Source of the DNA: Escherichia coli
GTDB lineage: Bacteria; Pseudomonadota; Gammaproteobacteria; Enterobacterales; Enterobacteriaceae
NCBI RefSeq assembly: GCF_003790525.1
Contig: NZ_CP033635.1
Strand: one strand, 5' to 3'
Length of the DNA: 64,000 nucleotides
Numbering within the stretch: the stretch's first letter is position 1; the number at the start of each line of letters is the position of its first letter. Made by a program: the position numbers and the translations under genes. Shown here in pieces: positions 50,053 through 64,000 of this stretch. The notes beneath the pieces were generated by a model that was given only the letters and a program-made list of their open reading frames with translations, was not told the DNA's origin and ran no database searches.

Positions 50053-51468
50053 TTATTTCAGCCCCAGGGCGGCTTTCATGGTGTAGAAGAGATCGGTCTG
50101 GTCGGTCAGTCCAACGACATTGGCGGCATGTGGGCCATACGCTGCAATACGCAACTGACTGCCGGTATGTTCTTGTGAATCCTCTTCGGAGTTCCCGTAA
50201 CTCATCACCATCACTGCGCCATCTTTGGTATTTAGCGCCTGGGTGAGGCCCGGCGCTTTGGTGTCCGGCGCGACAATCTGGCTGGCGTGGGCGTGATCAG
50301 CGGTGACTATGACCAGCGTGTTGCCATCCTTTTTAGCGAATTCCAGCGCACGTTGTACGGCTTCATCGAGATCGACCGTCTCGCCAATTTGCCCACAAGG
50401 ATTCGCAGCGTGATCCTGTTTATCGATTGATGCACCTTCAACTTGCAGGAAAAAGCCTTTCTCATTTTTACTCAACAATTCAATGGCTTTGTCGGTCATC
50501 TGCGCCAGGGTCGGTACGCTGTCATTACGTTGCGGATTAGGCGTACAGGTAACTGCGGGCTTGTCGATATTGCCGTGGTACGTTGCTTTCGGTCCTAGCC
50601 AGCGCACTGGCATATTGCCGTCAGCAAACAGTCCTAATAGGGGTTTTTGCTGATTCGCTTCCGTCACCGAATTCAGTGAGGCAGCATCACTCACCAACTG
50701 ATAACCACGCGCCTGTGCCTGTTCACGCAGCGTTTTTCCCTGCCATTCACCGGCGGTTGCCGTTTCAGCAAAGGTTTTTGCGCCGCCGCCAAGCGTAACA
50801 TCGGCACGGGCGTTAAGCAGCTGTTCGGTAATCGATCCTTTTCCGCCTTTTTCCAGAGCGTTACCCGGACATTTTTCACTGGTCGCGCTCGGACCGTAGC
50901 ATTTGCGCGAGGTCACATGCGCCACCAGCGCAGCGGGCGTGGCATCCTGCAACTCTGCGGTAGAAACGTTACCGGTCGCCAGACCTGCGGCTTTTGCCAT
51001 TTCCAGAATCGTTGGGTGATCTTTTTCGTGAATATCGATGCCCAGCGCGCCGTTATAGGTTTTGACACCAGTTGACCAGGCGGTTGCTGATGCAGCCGAG
51101 TCGGTGACGTAGTCCGGTTTGCCGGTTTTTTTATTCAGCGCATAGTGAGTGTATTGCCCGGTAAGCGGTAAGGCATCGATACCTTTAAAAAAGCCGCCCG
51201 CACCTTCGGCATAATTGCGTGCGGCAGTAATTTCCGAGTCCCCCATCCCATCGCCAATCAGCAAAATAATATTTTTTGCAGGTTTATCGCTAAGAGAATC
51301 ACGCAGAGCGGCGGTCTGATCACCCGTTAAGCGGCGAGCACCGCCGGGCGCAGTAATATCGCCCTGAGCAGCCCGGTTTTCCAGAACAGGCATTTCTGGT
51401 GTCCGGGCTTTTGTCACAGGGGAAAACAGTAACGGTAAGAGTGCCAGTGCAATAGTGCTTTGTTTCAC
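50053..51468 (-). CDS. phoA: Alkaline phosphatase
   Basis: 471-aa precursor, (M)[46 protein letters not shown]..., with active-site DSAASATAW. Confidence 0.97.
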   Translation of the reverse strand: MKQSTIALALLPLLFSPVTKARTPEMPVLENRAAQGDITAPGGARRLTGDQTAALRDSLSDKPAKNIILLIGDGMGDSEITAARNYAEGAGGFFKGIDALPLTGQYTHYALNKKTGKPDYVTDSAASATAWSTGVKTYNGALGIDIHEKDHPTILEMAKAAGLATGNVSTAELQDATPAALVAHVTSRKCYGPSATSEKCPGNALEKGGKGSITEQLLNARADVTLGGGAKTFAETATAGEWQGKTLREQAQARGYQLVSDAASLNSVTEANQQKPLLGLFADGNMPVRWLGPKATYHGNIDKPAVTCTPNPQRNDSVPTLAQMTDKAIELLSKNEKGFFLQVEGASIDKQDHAANPCGQIGETVDLDEAVQRALEFAKKDGNTLVIVTADHAHASQIVAPDTKAPGLTQALNTKDGAVMVMSYGNSEEDSQEHTGSQLRIAAYGPHAANVVGLTDQTDLFYTMKAALGLK

Positions 51469-51528
51469 TTTATTTTCTCCATGTACAAATACATTAAAAA
51501 TAAAAACAAAGCGACTATAAGTCTCGGC

Positions 51529-51547
51529 CGTGACAGCTTTATGACAG
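51529..51547 (-). promoter_or_regulatory. Pho box in the phoA promoter
   Basis: Minus-strand CTGTCATAAAGCTGTCA (two CTGTCA-type half sites) about 60-80 nt upstream of the phoA start. Confidence 0.7.
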
Positions 51548-51567
51548 CTGTTGAAAAGATTAACTTT

Positions 51568-51828
51568 TTACTGACGAGGATGCTTCAATAACTTCTTTAC
51601 ATAATTGCGCAGCAGCTCCGTATCGTCGTCAGGAATGCTGGCATCGGGCTTTACCTCGTACAGCGCCCCCTCTACCTGATCAATCAACCTCTGTTGGTCA
51701 TTTTGCGCCATATTGCGAAGCATTGCAGTGACGATAATCTCCAAAGCTTCTACCTGCGCACACAGTTCTTTCGACTCTTCTTCTTTTTGGGCAAGCTTAA
51801 ATAACAACTCAGCAATGAGATTTTTCAT
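51568..51828 (-). CDS. iraP: Anti-adapter protein IraP
   Basis: 86 aa, [59 protein letters not shown]... Confidence 0.92.
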   Translation of the reverse strand: MKNLIAELLFKLAQKEEESKELCAQVEALEIIVTAMLRNMAQNDQQRLIDQVEGALYEVKPDASIPDDDTELLRNYVKKLLKHPRQ

Positions 51829-52290
51829 GTCTGTATTTCCTTATCCAAAGTATGGAGAAGTTAACATTATGTTTCACAACTTCATAGTGTCTGGAAGTAT
51901 TATTTTTATGACAAAGGAAATACTTTGCGCAAATATTTTTTGTTTGATTACCAGCGAAACGTTTCTCTTATTTTAATAATTACCCACACAAAATATAGGC
52001 TTTTAATTATCAACCTTTATTATAAATAAAAGTTATGAAATATATTCTCTTCGTTAACTTATAATTAAGAGAAAAAAACTCACTGCATGGCCATACAAGC
52101 CAGGAATAAATTAGCTTCCCGTTCATCATTTTTGTGATCTTGCGCACATCATTGAGATAACGCACTTTCTTCACCAGTACGTTGCACGCTTTGTCAGCAG
52201 AAGATTGCAACATTCTGTCAGAAGGCCGCGAATCCCCCGTTTTGTCGTGGTAATGTATGCACTTTGTGTTAGACGGGATAGGTTTTTAAG

Positions 52291-53385
52291 ATGGAAAAAC
52301 TGCGGGTAGGAATCGTTTTTGGTGGTAAATCAGCGGAACATGAAGTGTCTCTGCAATCGGCAAAAAACATTGTCGATGCCATTGATAAAAGTCGCTTCGA
52401 CGTTGTGCTGCTGGGCATTGATAAACAAGGGCAATGGCACGTCAGCGATGCCAGCAATTATCTGCTAAATGCAGACGATCCTGCCCATATTGCGTTGCGC
52501 CCTTCGGCGACCAGCCTTGCGCAGGTGCCTGGTAAACATGAACATCAGCTTATCGACGCGCAAAACGGTCAGCCGTTGCCGACGGTGGATGTCATTTTCC
52601 CGATTGTCCACGGTACGCTGGGCGAAGATGGTTCCTTGCAGGGAATGCTGCGGGTCGCCAATTTACCGTTTGTAGGTTCTGATGTTCTGGCTTCAGCGGC
52701 CTGTATGGATAAAGATGTCACCAAACGTCTGCTGCGCGATGCCGGGCTGAACATTGCGCCATTTATTACCCTGACGCGCGCTAATCGTCACAACATCAGT
52801 TTTGCCGAAGTGGAGTCTAAACTGGGGTTACCGCTGTTTGTAAAACCGGCTAATCAGGGCTCTTCTGTTGGTGTCAGCAAAGTAACCAGTGAAGAACAGT
52901 ACGCAATTGCCGTCGATCTGGCGTTCGAGTTCGACCATAAAGTGATCGTTGAGCAAGGGATCAAAGGTCGTGAGATCGAATGCGCAGTTCTGGGCAACGA
53001 CAATCCGCAAGCCAGCACCTGTGGCGAGATCGTACTCACCAGCGATTTCTATGCCTACGACACCAAGTACATTGACGAAGATGGCGCGAAAGTGGTTGTT
53101 CCGGCAGCCATTGCGCCAGAAATCAACGATAAGATCCGGGCGATTGCCGTTCAGGCCTATCAAACGTTGGGATGCGCAGGCATGGCGCGTGTAGACGTGT
53201 TTTTAACCCCAGAGAACGAAGTGGTGATCAACGAGATCAACACCCTGCCTGGCTTCACCAACATCAGTATGTATCCGAAGTTGTGGCAAGCCAGCGGTCT
53301 GGGTTACACCGACCTGATCACGCGTTTGATTGAGCTGGCGCTGGAGCGTCACGCTGCAGATAACGCACTGAAAACCACAATGTAA
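52291..53385 (+). CDS. ddlA: D-alanine--D-alanine ligase A
   Basis: 364 aa, [50 protein letters not shown]... Confidence 0.95.
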   Translation: MEKLRVGIVFGGKSAEHEVSLQSAKNIVDAIDKSRFDVVLLGIDKQGQWHVSDASNYLLNADDPAHIALRPSATSLAQVPGKHEHQLIDAQNGQPLPTVDVIFPIVHGTLGEDGSLQGMLRVANLPFVGSDVLASAACMDKDVTKRLLRDAGLNIAPFITLTRANRHNISFAEVESKLGLPLFVKPANQGSSVGVSKVTSEEQYAIAVDLAFEFDHKVIVEQGIKGREIECAVLGNDNPQASTCGEIVLTSDFYAYDTKYIDEDGAKVVVPAAIAPEINDKIRAIAVQAYQTLGCAGMARVDVFLTPENEVVINEINTLPGFTNISMYPKLWQASGLGYTDLITRLIELALERHAADNALKTTM

Positions 53386-53408
53386 TATTCAAACGCCCGG
53401 TAATATTC

Positions 53409-53621
53409 TTATTGGGCGTTTTCAGTTTCTTCATCGCGACGACGAATAATCAGCCCCGCCAGCCAGAAACTAATCACCCACGTCACCAGACCGACGGCAT
53501 AGGTCTGCCAACCTTTTGCTTCAAATCCCAATAAACCCACCACGCCATTAAGAATGAATATAAGGCCAATGGCGAACGCATAGTAGTGCCAGTCACGGCG
53601 GATTTTTACAGGCAAGTTCAT
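53409..53621 (-). CDS. yaiZ: Small inner membrane protein YaiZ
   Basis: 70 aa from ATG 53621, MNLPVKIRRDWHYYAFAIGLIFILNGVVGLLGFEAKGWQTYAVGLVTWVISFWLAGLIIRRRDEETENAQ. Confidence 0.8.
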   Translation of the reverse strand: MNLPVKIRRDWHYYAFAIGLIFILNGVVGLLGFEAKGWQTYAVGLVTWVISFWLAGLIIRRRDEETENAQ

Positions 53622-53880
53622 GGCAGCTCCGTTAACGAAAAACAACATCCTTGCATATTCTGCAACATCCGTCTGTGGCGTAGACAACATTTCCGTAATT
53701 GTTAATAAATTTAACTTAAGGTTGTCATTTTGTGACTCACGACGAAGATTCACGCTTCGGGAATATTCCCAACATCAATTTACCATGATTCTGATATTGA
53801 CAATCTTAATGACCTGTCAGACTTGCCATAAGCCGCTGGTATCACACCAGAAGAGAAGCAGATGACTTCCGGAGGTTTTT

Positions 53881-54189
53881 ATGGCTGATTTCACCCTGTC
53901 AAAATCGCTGTTTAGCGGAAAATATCGCAATGCCTCTTCAACGCCTGGCAATATTGCCTATGCGTTGTTTGTGCTGTTTTGCTTTTGGGCTGGGGCGCAA
54001 TTGCTGAACCTGCTAGTGCATGCGCCCGGCGTCTATGAGCGTTTAATGCAGGTCCAGGAAACAGGTCGCCCACGGGTGGAAATTGGTTTAGGTGTCGGCA
54101 CCATTTTCGGGCTGATCCCGTTTTTAGTAGGCTGCCTCATTTTTGCAGTAGTGGCGTTATGGCTGCACTGGCGACATCGCCGCCAGTAA
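53881..54189 (+). CDS. yaiY: Inner membrane protein YaiY
   Basis: 102 aa, [50 protein letters not shown]..., two predicted TM helices. Confidence 0.85.
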
Positions 54190-54246
54190 GATTTACTTGC
54201 CAGATAGGACCTAAAACGCTTTATCTGGCATGACATTCCTGTTTGA

Positions 54247-55341
54247 TCACTGTTTCATACAACGCGCCCGCCGTTCGTCTACGCGCTTCGCAAACCAGGC
54301 CGTAGTCAGGTTGCGGGTGATTTTCGGGCTTTCCAGTTGAATGCCAGGCAACATTTCGCGGGGTAGTGATTTACCCGTTTTCGCTTCGGCAAGTTGATAA
54401 ACTTTCTTGTACAGCGCCGTCTCCTCAAAAGAGAAGCTGTCCCCTTTCTCTAACTGGCGGCGAATTTCACTGTCGCTCATCCCCAGTTTTCCCGCCAGTT
54501 TGCGCGTTGCCAGTTCGGTTTTCCCGGGCTCTTTACTGTCGTAACGAATTAAATCACCGTCCAGTGCCAGCTTCACGCCGCTGACCTTACTGACCGCGTT
54601 CTGAAACGCGGCATTACGGCTGGCGTACCAGCCAGCGTTAAAATCAGCAAAACGGTATATCGGCGCGCTATAGCTGGCGGGATAATTCAGTAAATGGTAA
54701 GTACCAAACCACAACCCGCCGCGACGACTGAAGACTTCCTGACGGACTGTACCGTCCATTTTCCACGGATACCCTTTGGTATGCTGTTCGGCAAAGGCAA
54801 TGCTGACCTGCATCGGCCCACCGGTGCGCACCGGATTAAGCGAACCAAACAACGTCTGCCCCATTGGCACCATGCTGATCAGATCGTCAAAAATCGCGCT
54901 CAATTGCTTTTCAGTACGCACCGAATCTAACCGTTCGCTATAGCTTTTGCCGTTTGGCGATTTGATTTTTAGCGCGGTATGCACCAGAAAAGCAGGAATG
55001 TGCATCCGTTCAGCACGACGGTCAATCTCTTGCCAGGCGATCTTGCTTAAGCCCGGAACGGCCGGATCTGCCTGATAATTTGACTCCTGCTGCGCCACCG
55101 CCAGCACCGAGCAGACGTTTTCCAGCGTCGGTGCCAGCCCCTGACTTTCAAACGTGGTGGCGAGATCTTTCGCCCAGGCATCGCGGTCTTTCACGCTCGC
55201 AGGCATCTTCTGCCGCACGACGCTCGCCACATCTATCGCTTTTTCGCCCTTTTTCAACGGTTGCGGAGCCTGACTACTACACCCCGCTAAAACCAGAACC
55301 GCCAACAATGACAGCGAAGATAGATGATTGACGCGCGACAT
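54247..55341 (-). CDS. yaiW: Surface-exposed outer membrane lipoprotein YaiW
   Basis: 364 aa with lipoprotein signal MSRVNHLSSLSLLAVLVLAGCSS. Confidence 0.88.
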   Translation of the reverse strand: MSRVNHLSSLSLLAVLVLAGCSSQAPQPLKKGEKAIDVASVVRQKMPASVKDRDAWAKDLATTFESQGLAPTLENVCSVLAVAQQESNYQADPAVPGLSKIAWQEIDRRAERMHIPAFLVHTALKIKSPNGKSYSERLDSVRTEKQLSAIFDDLISMVPMGQTLFGSLNPVRTGGPMQVSIAFAEQHTKGYPWKMDGTVRQEVFSRRGGLWFGTYHLLNYPASYSAPIYRFADFNAGWYASRNAAFQNAVSKVSGVKLALDGDLIRYDSKEPGKTELATRKLAGKLGMSDSEIRRQLEKGDSFSFEETALYKKVYQLAEAKTGKSLPREMLPGIQLESPKITRNLTTAWFAKRVDERRARCMKQ

Positions 55342-55353
55342 TACTTCTCCTTT

Positions 55354-56574
55354 TTAGCTCAAGGTATGGGTTACTTCCTGAATTTTGTCACCATCCAGCT
55401 CATGTTCAAAGCTGCGCAGACGTTTGTAGATAGACATCAACTCAACCAGTGTGGTCCATGAGTTAATCAGGTACTGGAAAGCTCCGCGAACCTGACCAAA
55501 AACGTTGGTAATCTGCGTCATCAGGCCGAGCGTAATCGTACCGGCAACAATTGACGGAAACAGCAAGAACAAACCGAAAACGTTATCGACCTGCAAATAG
55601 AGAATGCGGGCGATGTTGAAATACATATAGTGAAAATAGAGGCGGAAATAGTTTTTCCGTACGGCGCTAAACAGCTCGCGTACCGTAGGCGGCGTCGCGC
55701 GCGTGGCATCGTCTTCACCATAAACCAGCTCTTTACGGTAGGCAGCCTCTACACGCTGGTTTTTAAACTCCAGCCCCGGCAGTTTGATCCCTACCACTGC
55801 CAGTAATCCGGTCCCCATCAGCGACCAGACGATAGCGGCAATCACCAGACCATACGGAATGTGCCCGACAATCGGCAGCTCCGGCACATGCGCGGAGAGC
55901 GTTACCAGCACCGGCAGGAAGGCGATCAACGTCATGATAGCGTTGATAAAGCTGACGCCCATATTCTCCAGCGTTGAAGCAAAACGCATGGTGTCTTCCT
56001 GCACACGCTGTGCGGCACCTTCGATATGACGCAGTTGTTGCCAGTTCGCCATGTAATATTCGTTCATCGCCGTACGCCAGCGGAACACGTAGTGACTGAC
56101 AAAGAAGTTGTTCAGCACACTGATCACCACCGCGATCAGCGCAATCCCCAGAAAGACGCCAACTTCGCGGTAAAATTGTTCGATGGTGACTTTATGCGGC
56201 GAACTTAGCGCGGTTTGAATCAGATCATAGAACGGCGCATACCAGGCGTTGACGGCGACCCCGACTTCCACCAAAAACCAGGTGACGAAGATGATCAGTG
56301 CAGTACCGAGTATTGACCAGTATTGCCAACGATGCGGGCTGTAGATAAACCAGAACAATGCAAAAAGTCCTACGCAAACAATGTAGTAAGCGTAAAAAAT
56401 CAAGAAATCCAACGACCAGAAACGCGCGGCGCTAATCGGGATCTGCCCGGAAGCTCCGGTGATACGCGCCACCCAATCCCCCCCACCGGCTTGCCAGAAG
56501 ATAACGGCAATCAATGCCCAAACAAAGGCCGAGAGAAAAAACGGTCCCGGCTTTGGGAAAAAAGACTTAAACAT
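55354..56574 (-). CDS. sbmA: Peptide antibiotic / antimicrobial peptide transporter SbmA
   Basis: 406 aa from ATG 56574, [34 protein letters not shown]..., polytopic membrane protein. Confidence 0.92.
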   Translation of the reverse strand: MFKSFFPKPGPFFLSAFVWALIAVIFWQAGGGDWVARITGASGQIPISAARFWSLDFLIFYAYYIVCVGLFALFWFIYSPHRWQYWSILGTALIIFVTWFLVEVGVAVNAWYAPFYDLIQTALSSPHKVTIEQFYREVGVFLGIALIAVVISVLNNFFVSHYVFRWRTAMNEYYMANWQQLRHIEGAAQRVQEDTMRFASTLENMGVSFINAIMTLIAFLPVLVTLSAHVPELPIVGHIPYGLVIAAIVWSLMGTGLLAVVGIKLPGLEFKNQRVEAAYRKELVYGEDDATRATPPTVRELFSAVRKNYFRLYFHYMYFNIARILYLQVDNVFGLFLLFPSIVAGTITLGLMTQITNVFGQVRGAFQYLINSWTTLVELMSIYKRLRSFEHELDGDKIQEVTHTLS

Positions 56575-56925
56575 ATGCACTCCTGCTAACTTCTTATCGT
56601 TTTAACAACTGCTGTGTATTAACCGCATGACCGCTACAAAGCGTCAGCCAAATGAAACCGCCCATTGTGACCCATAGCAAGGCGCTTAGTTCGCCAGCCT
56701 GAGCATAAGAATTGTTTCGACGGATTTCACAAACCAAAGATTGTTTACATAAGCGGATTAACACGCGCAGGATCACAAATGCAGGCATTGGTGAGCAGGA
56801 AAAAGATCGTGTTTACGCGCCGTTACGTTTTTAACACTATTATTGCACTAATTCGCCCTTTGCAATCCATCAATGAGTAGTATAAATACGCTCAGTTACC
56901 TTCATTCAATTTATGGACACCACCG

Positions 56926-58083
56926 TTGAAACGTAGTCTGCTTTTTTCTGCCGTGCTGTGTGCGGCGTCATTGACCTCCGTCCATGCGGCGCAGCCGATC
57001 ACTGAACCGGAGTTCGCCTCTGATATTGTCGATCGTTATGCCGATCATATTTTTTACGGCAGCGGTGCCACGGGGATGGCGCTGGTTGTTATCGACGGTA
57101 ACCAGCGCGTCTTTCGCAGTTATGGCGAAACGCGACCTGGTAATAACGTTCGCCCGCAGCTGGATTCGGTAGTGCGTATTGCTTCCCTCACCAAGCTAAT
57201 GACCAGTGAAATGCTGGTGAAATTGCTCGACCAGGGGACCGTGAAGTTAAACGATCCGCTAAGTAAATATGCTCCGCCAGGCGCACGCGTGCCAACCTAC
57301 AATGGGACGCCCATTACGCTGGTGAATCTGGCAACCCATACCAGCGCCCTGCCCCGTGAACAGCCCGGTGGCGCGGCACATCGTCCGGTATTTGTCTGGC
57401 CAACGCGCGAGCAACGCTGGAAATACCTTTCCACTGCCAAACTAAAAGCCGCGCCGGGCAGCCAGGCCGCGTACTCCAACCTCGCATTCGATCTGCTGGC
57501 AGATGCACTGGCGAATGCGTCCGGCAAGCCTTATACCCAGTTGTTTGAAGAGCAGATTACCCGTCCATTGGGGATGAAAGACACCACCTACACCCCCTCG
57601 CCGGATCAGTGCCGCCGTTTAATGGTGGCAGAGCGCGGTGCCAGTCCATGCAATAACACGCTGGCGGCAATTGGCAGCGGCGGCGTCTATTCCACGCCTG
57701 GCGATATGATGCGCTGGATGCAGCAGTATTTGTCATCTGATTTTTATCAGCGCAGTAATCAGGCAGATCGCATGCAGACGTTGATTTATCAGCGCGCGCA
57801 GTTTACGAAAGTGATTGGCATGGATGTCCCCGGCAAAGCGGATGCGCTTGGTTTAGGCTGGGTATATATGGCCCCGAAAGAGGGTCGTCCGGGGATTATT
57901 CAGAAGACAGGCGGTGGTGGCGGTTTCATTACCTATATGGCGATGATCCCGCAGAAGAATATTGGCGCATTTGTGGTGGTCACTCGTTCTCCATTGACGC
58001 GCTTTAAAAATATGAGCGATGGCATCAATGACCTGGTGACCGAACTGAGCGGGAATAAACCGTTGGTCATCCCCGCGTCCTGA
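56926..58083 (+). CDS. ampH: Class C beta-lactamase-like DD-peptidase AmpH
   Basis: 385 aa with signal peptide and SxxK active-site motif (SLTK); apparent TTG start at 56926. Confidence 0.9.
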   Translation: MKRSLLFSAVLCAASLTSVHAAQPITEPEFASDIVDRYADHIFYGSGATGMALVVIDGNQRVFRSYGETRPGNNVRPQLDSVVRIASLTKLMTSEMLVKLLDQGTVKLNDPLSKYAPPGARVPTYNGTPITLVNLATHTSALPREQPGGAAHRPVFVWPTREQRWKYLSTAKLKAAPGSQAAYSNLAFDLLADALANASGKPYTQLFEEQITRPLGMKDTTYTPSPDQCRRLMVAERGASPCNNTLAAIGSGGVYSTPGDMMRWMQQYLSSDFYQRSNQADRMQTLIYQRAQFTKVIGMDVPGKADALGLGWVYMAPKEGRPGIIQKTGGGGGFITYMAMIPQKNIGAFVVVTRSPLTRFKNMSDGINDLVTELSGNKPLVIPAS

Positions 58084-58766
<683 letters not shown>

Positions 58767-58780
58767 AACCTATTTCTTCA

Positions 58781-61702
<2,922 letters not shown>

Positions 61703-62227
61703 TTGTCATCCCTCCTCAGGGACGTAATAAGTTGATCCATCAATTATCAATGCATAGAAAACATATTATGTTTCGCGCTAACGATTATGCGGCGTTATTG
61801 AGGAATGGTTCAATTATTCTTTCCCCGAAGTCCGGTTACGGACATATATAAAGCACGGAGGAACACACAAAGAAAAAATTGATAAAAGCTTAATGTTTCA
61901 ACAAGTTAACAGGAGTTCCATTTTTAAAGCATATGCATTTAAAATATCAAACACACAAACCAGACAAATAATCTATCAATAACCAATGAACTTTAAATCA
62001 TTCCGTTTTTGAAAACGTCACCAAATCCCCAAAAACAATAATCTATAGCTATAAATAAAAATTAAAAATATTTTCAATGAATATAAATTTATTGCTATTT
62101 CTATTACAAAGATGTCCTGACCTCTCATTCATTCTCTTCTTGTCAACATCGCGACAACTTTCGTAAAACATCCCCACCCTGCTTCAGGTATACTATGCCC
62201 CTCGATTCCACAAACATCAGGCAGACC

Positions 62228-63202
62228 ATGACCGACTTAATCCAACGCCCTCGTCGCCTGCGCAAATCTCCTGCGCTGCGCGCTATGTTTGAAGAGACAA
62301 CACTTAGCCTTAACGACCTGGTGTTGCCGATCTTTGTTGAAGAAGAAATTGACGACTACAAAGCCGTTGAAGCCATGCCAGGCGTGATGCGCATTCCAGA
62401 GAAACATCTGGCACGCGAAATTGAACGTATCGCCAACGCAGGTATTCGTTCCGTGATGACTTTCGGCATCTCTCACCATACCGATGAAACCGGCAGCGAT
62501 GCCTGGCGGGAAGATGGTCTGGTGGCGCGTATGTCGCGCATCTGCAAGCAGACCGTGCCAGAAATGATCGTCATGTCAGACACCTGTTTCTGTGAATACA
62601 CTTCTCACGGTCACTGCGGTGTGCTGTGCGAGCATGGCGTCGACAACGACGCGACCCTGGAAAATTTAGGCAAGCAGGCCGTGGTTGCAGCTGCTGCAGG
62701 TGCAGACTTCATCGCCCCTTCCGCCGCAATGGATGGCCAGGTACAAGCGATTCGCCAGGCGCTGGACGCTGCGGGCTTTAAAGATACGGCGATTATGTCG
62801 TATTCGACCAAGTTTGCCTCTTCCTTTTATGGCCCGTTCCGTGAAGCTGCCGGAAGCGCATTAAAAGGCGACCGCAAAAGCTATCAGATGAACCCAATGA
62901 ACCGTCGTGAGGCGATTCATGAGTCACTGCTGGATGAAGCCCAGGGCGCAGACTGCCTGATGGTTAAACCTGCTGGAGCGTACCTCGACATCGTGCGTGA
63001 GCTGCGTGAACGTACTGAATTGCCGATTGGCGCGTATCAGGTGAGCGGTGAGTATGCGATGATTAAGTTCGCCGCGCTGGCGGGTGCTATAGATGAAGAG
63101 AAAGTTGTGCTCGAAAGCTTAGGTTCGATTAAGCGTGCGGGTGCGGATCTGATTTTCAGCTACTTTGCGCTGGATTTGGCTGAGAAGAAGATTCTGCGTT
63201 AA
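62228..63202 (+). CDS. hemB: Porphobilinogen synthase (delta-aminolevulinic acid dehydratase)
   Basis: 324 aa from ATG 62228, [39 protein letters not shown]... Confidence 0.95.
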   Translation: MTDLIQRPRRLRKSPALRAMFEETTLSLNDLVLPIFVEEEIDDYKAVEAMPGVMRIPEKHLAREIERIANAGIRSVMTFGISHHTDETGSDAWREDGLVARMSRICKQTVPEMIVMSDTCFCEYTSHGHCGVLCEHGVDNDATLENLGKQAVVAAAAGADFIAPSAAMDGQVQAIRQALDAAGFKDTAIMSYSTKFASSFYGPFREAAGSALKGDRKSYQMNPMNRREAIHESLLDEAQGADCLMVKPAGAYLDIVRELRERTELPIGAYQVSGEYAMIKFAALAGAIDEEKVVLESLGSIKRAGADLIFSYFALDLAEKKILR

Positions 63203-63241
63203 TGATCATTATGCCGGGTTATCCAACCCGGCATTTCCCCC

Positions 63242-64000
63242 TTACCCCGCCCGATAAAACGGTTTATCCCCAAGGATCGTCGCCCGATGCATAATCCGCC
63301 GCTGTGGCAGGTAATCCGCATTGGCATAGTGCTGAGTCACGCGGTTATCCCAAATCGCGATATCATTTGGCTGCCAACGCCAACGCACCTGAAACTCCGG
63401 TTTGGTGATATGGGCAAACAAAAAACTTAACAAGGCTTCGCTCTCTTTCTCGCTCACATCAACAATTCGCGTAGTAAAGCCTTCATTCACAAACAGCGCC
63501 TGTTTACCGCTCACCGGATGCGTTCGCACCACCGGATGTAGCAACGGCGGATTTTTCGCGACCGCCTCGCGCCAGCGTTGATGCTCCTCCTCGGTTTTGC
63601 GGTATTTGTATTCCGGGAACGATTTACGGAAATCATGCTCCGCACGCAGCCCGCTCAGCAGCTGGCGGAAGGGAACAGAGAGCGCCTCATAGGCCGCAAT
63701 ACCGCTGGTCCAGAGCGTATCGCCGCCGGTCGAGGGTAACTCTTTTGCCGCCAGAATCGCCCCTGCGGGTGGCGTTTCAATAAATGTCACATCGGTATGC
63801 CAGTTGTCGTTATCTGGCGGATTATCGTTATGGGTATCCAGGACGATGATCTCGTCAACCCCTTCGGCATGAGGGTAAACAGGGTGAATATGCAGTTCGC
63901 CAAAACGCTGGGCCAGCGCGCGTTGCTGCTGCGGCGTAATAGCTTGATCGCGCAGAAACACCACCTGATGGCGTAGCACCGCATGGTAAAGCTGTTCAAA
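63242..64000 (-). CDS. tauD: Taurine dioxygenase (alpha-ketoglutarate dependent), C-terminal part; 5' end lies outside the window
   Basis: ...[36 protein letters not shown]...WHTDVTF... matches TauD; the reading frame continues to the window edge. Confidence 0.88.
   Translation of the reverse strand, partial: FEQLYHAVLRHQVVFLRDQAITPQQQRALAQRFGELHIHPVYPHAEGVDEIIVLDTHNDNPPDNDNWHTDVTFIETPPAGAILAAKELPSTGGDTLWTSGIAAYEALSVPFRQLLSGLRAEHDFRKSFPEYKYRKTEEEHQRWREAVAKNPPLLHPVVRTHPVSGKQALFVNEGFTTRIVDVSEKESEALLSFLFAHITKPEFQVRWRWQPNDIAIWDNRVTQHYANADYLPQRRIMHRATILGDKPFYRAG

Noticed and set aside
51829-52290. Long AT-rich iraP-ddlA intergenic region with short ORFs (51713-51976, 52010-52213)
   Set aside because: No coding signal or structured repeat recognised; most likely promoter/regulatory DNA for iraP and ddlA.

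Overview
This window is a stretch of Escherichia coli-type chromosome, read in reverse orientation relative to the usual K-12 map, running from cyoE (3' end) to hemB and tauD (partial). No database search was possible; identifications rest on recognising conserved protein sequences in the supplied ORF translations and on reading the DNA directly. Comparisons to K-12 gene order are from memory and should be verified.

The conserved backbone is almost entirely housekeeping: yajR, yajQ, panE, yajL, thiI, xseB-ispA-dxs, yajO, pgpA-thiL-nusB-ribE-ribD-nrdR, tsx, yajD, secF-secD-yajC-tgt-queA, acpH, malZ, proY, brnQ, phoR-phoB, sbcD-sbcC, araJ, mak, rdgC, ppnP, aroM, yaiA, aroL, yaiI, proC, adrA, psiF-phoA, iraP, ddlA, yaiZ, yaiY, yaiW, sbmA, ampH, yaiV and hemB. 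Starts were corrected where the ORF track over-extends.

Four insertions sit at intergenic junctions or inside a backbone gene and look strain-specific:
1. 27362-28807, between acpH and malZ: an AT-rich single gene encoding a 481-aa protein I cannot assign to any family. This is the best candidate for an undescribed function.
2. About 538-2560, between cyoE and yajR: a GNAT-toxin / ribbon-helix-helix antitoxin pair with a palindromic operator-promoter, convergent with a secreted Sel1-repeat protein.
3. About 16723-18472, inside yajI: an IS200/IS605-family element with an apparently intact tnpB and a frameshifted tnpA, flanked by matching hairpins.
4. 20536-21052, between yajD and secF: a ParE/ParD-like toxin-antitoxin pair.

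Also present are an apparently intact 969-aa autotransporter (yaiT/UpaC/EhaB-like), Pho boxes upstream of phoB and phoA, several REP-type palindromes and rho-independent terminators. No rRNA, tRNA or CRISPR array was seen.
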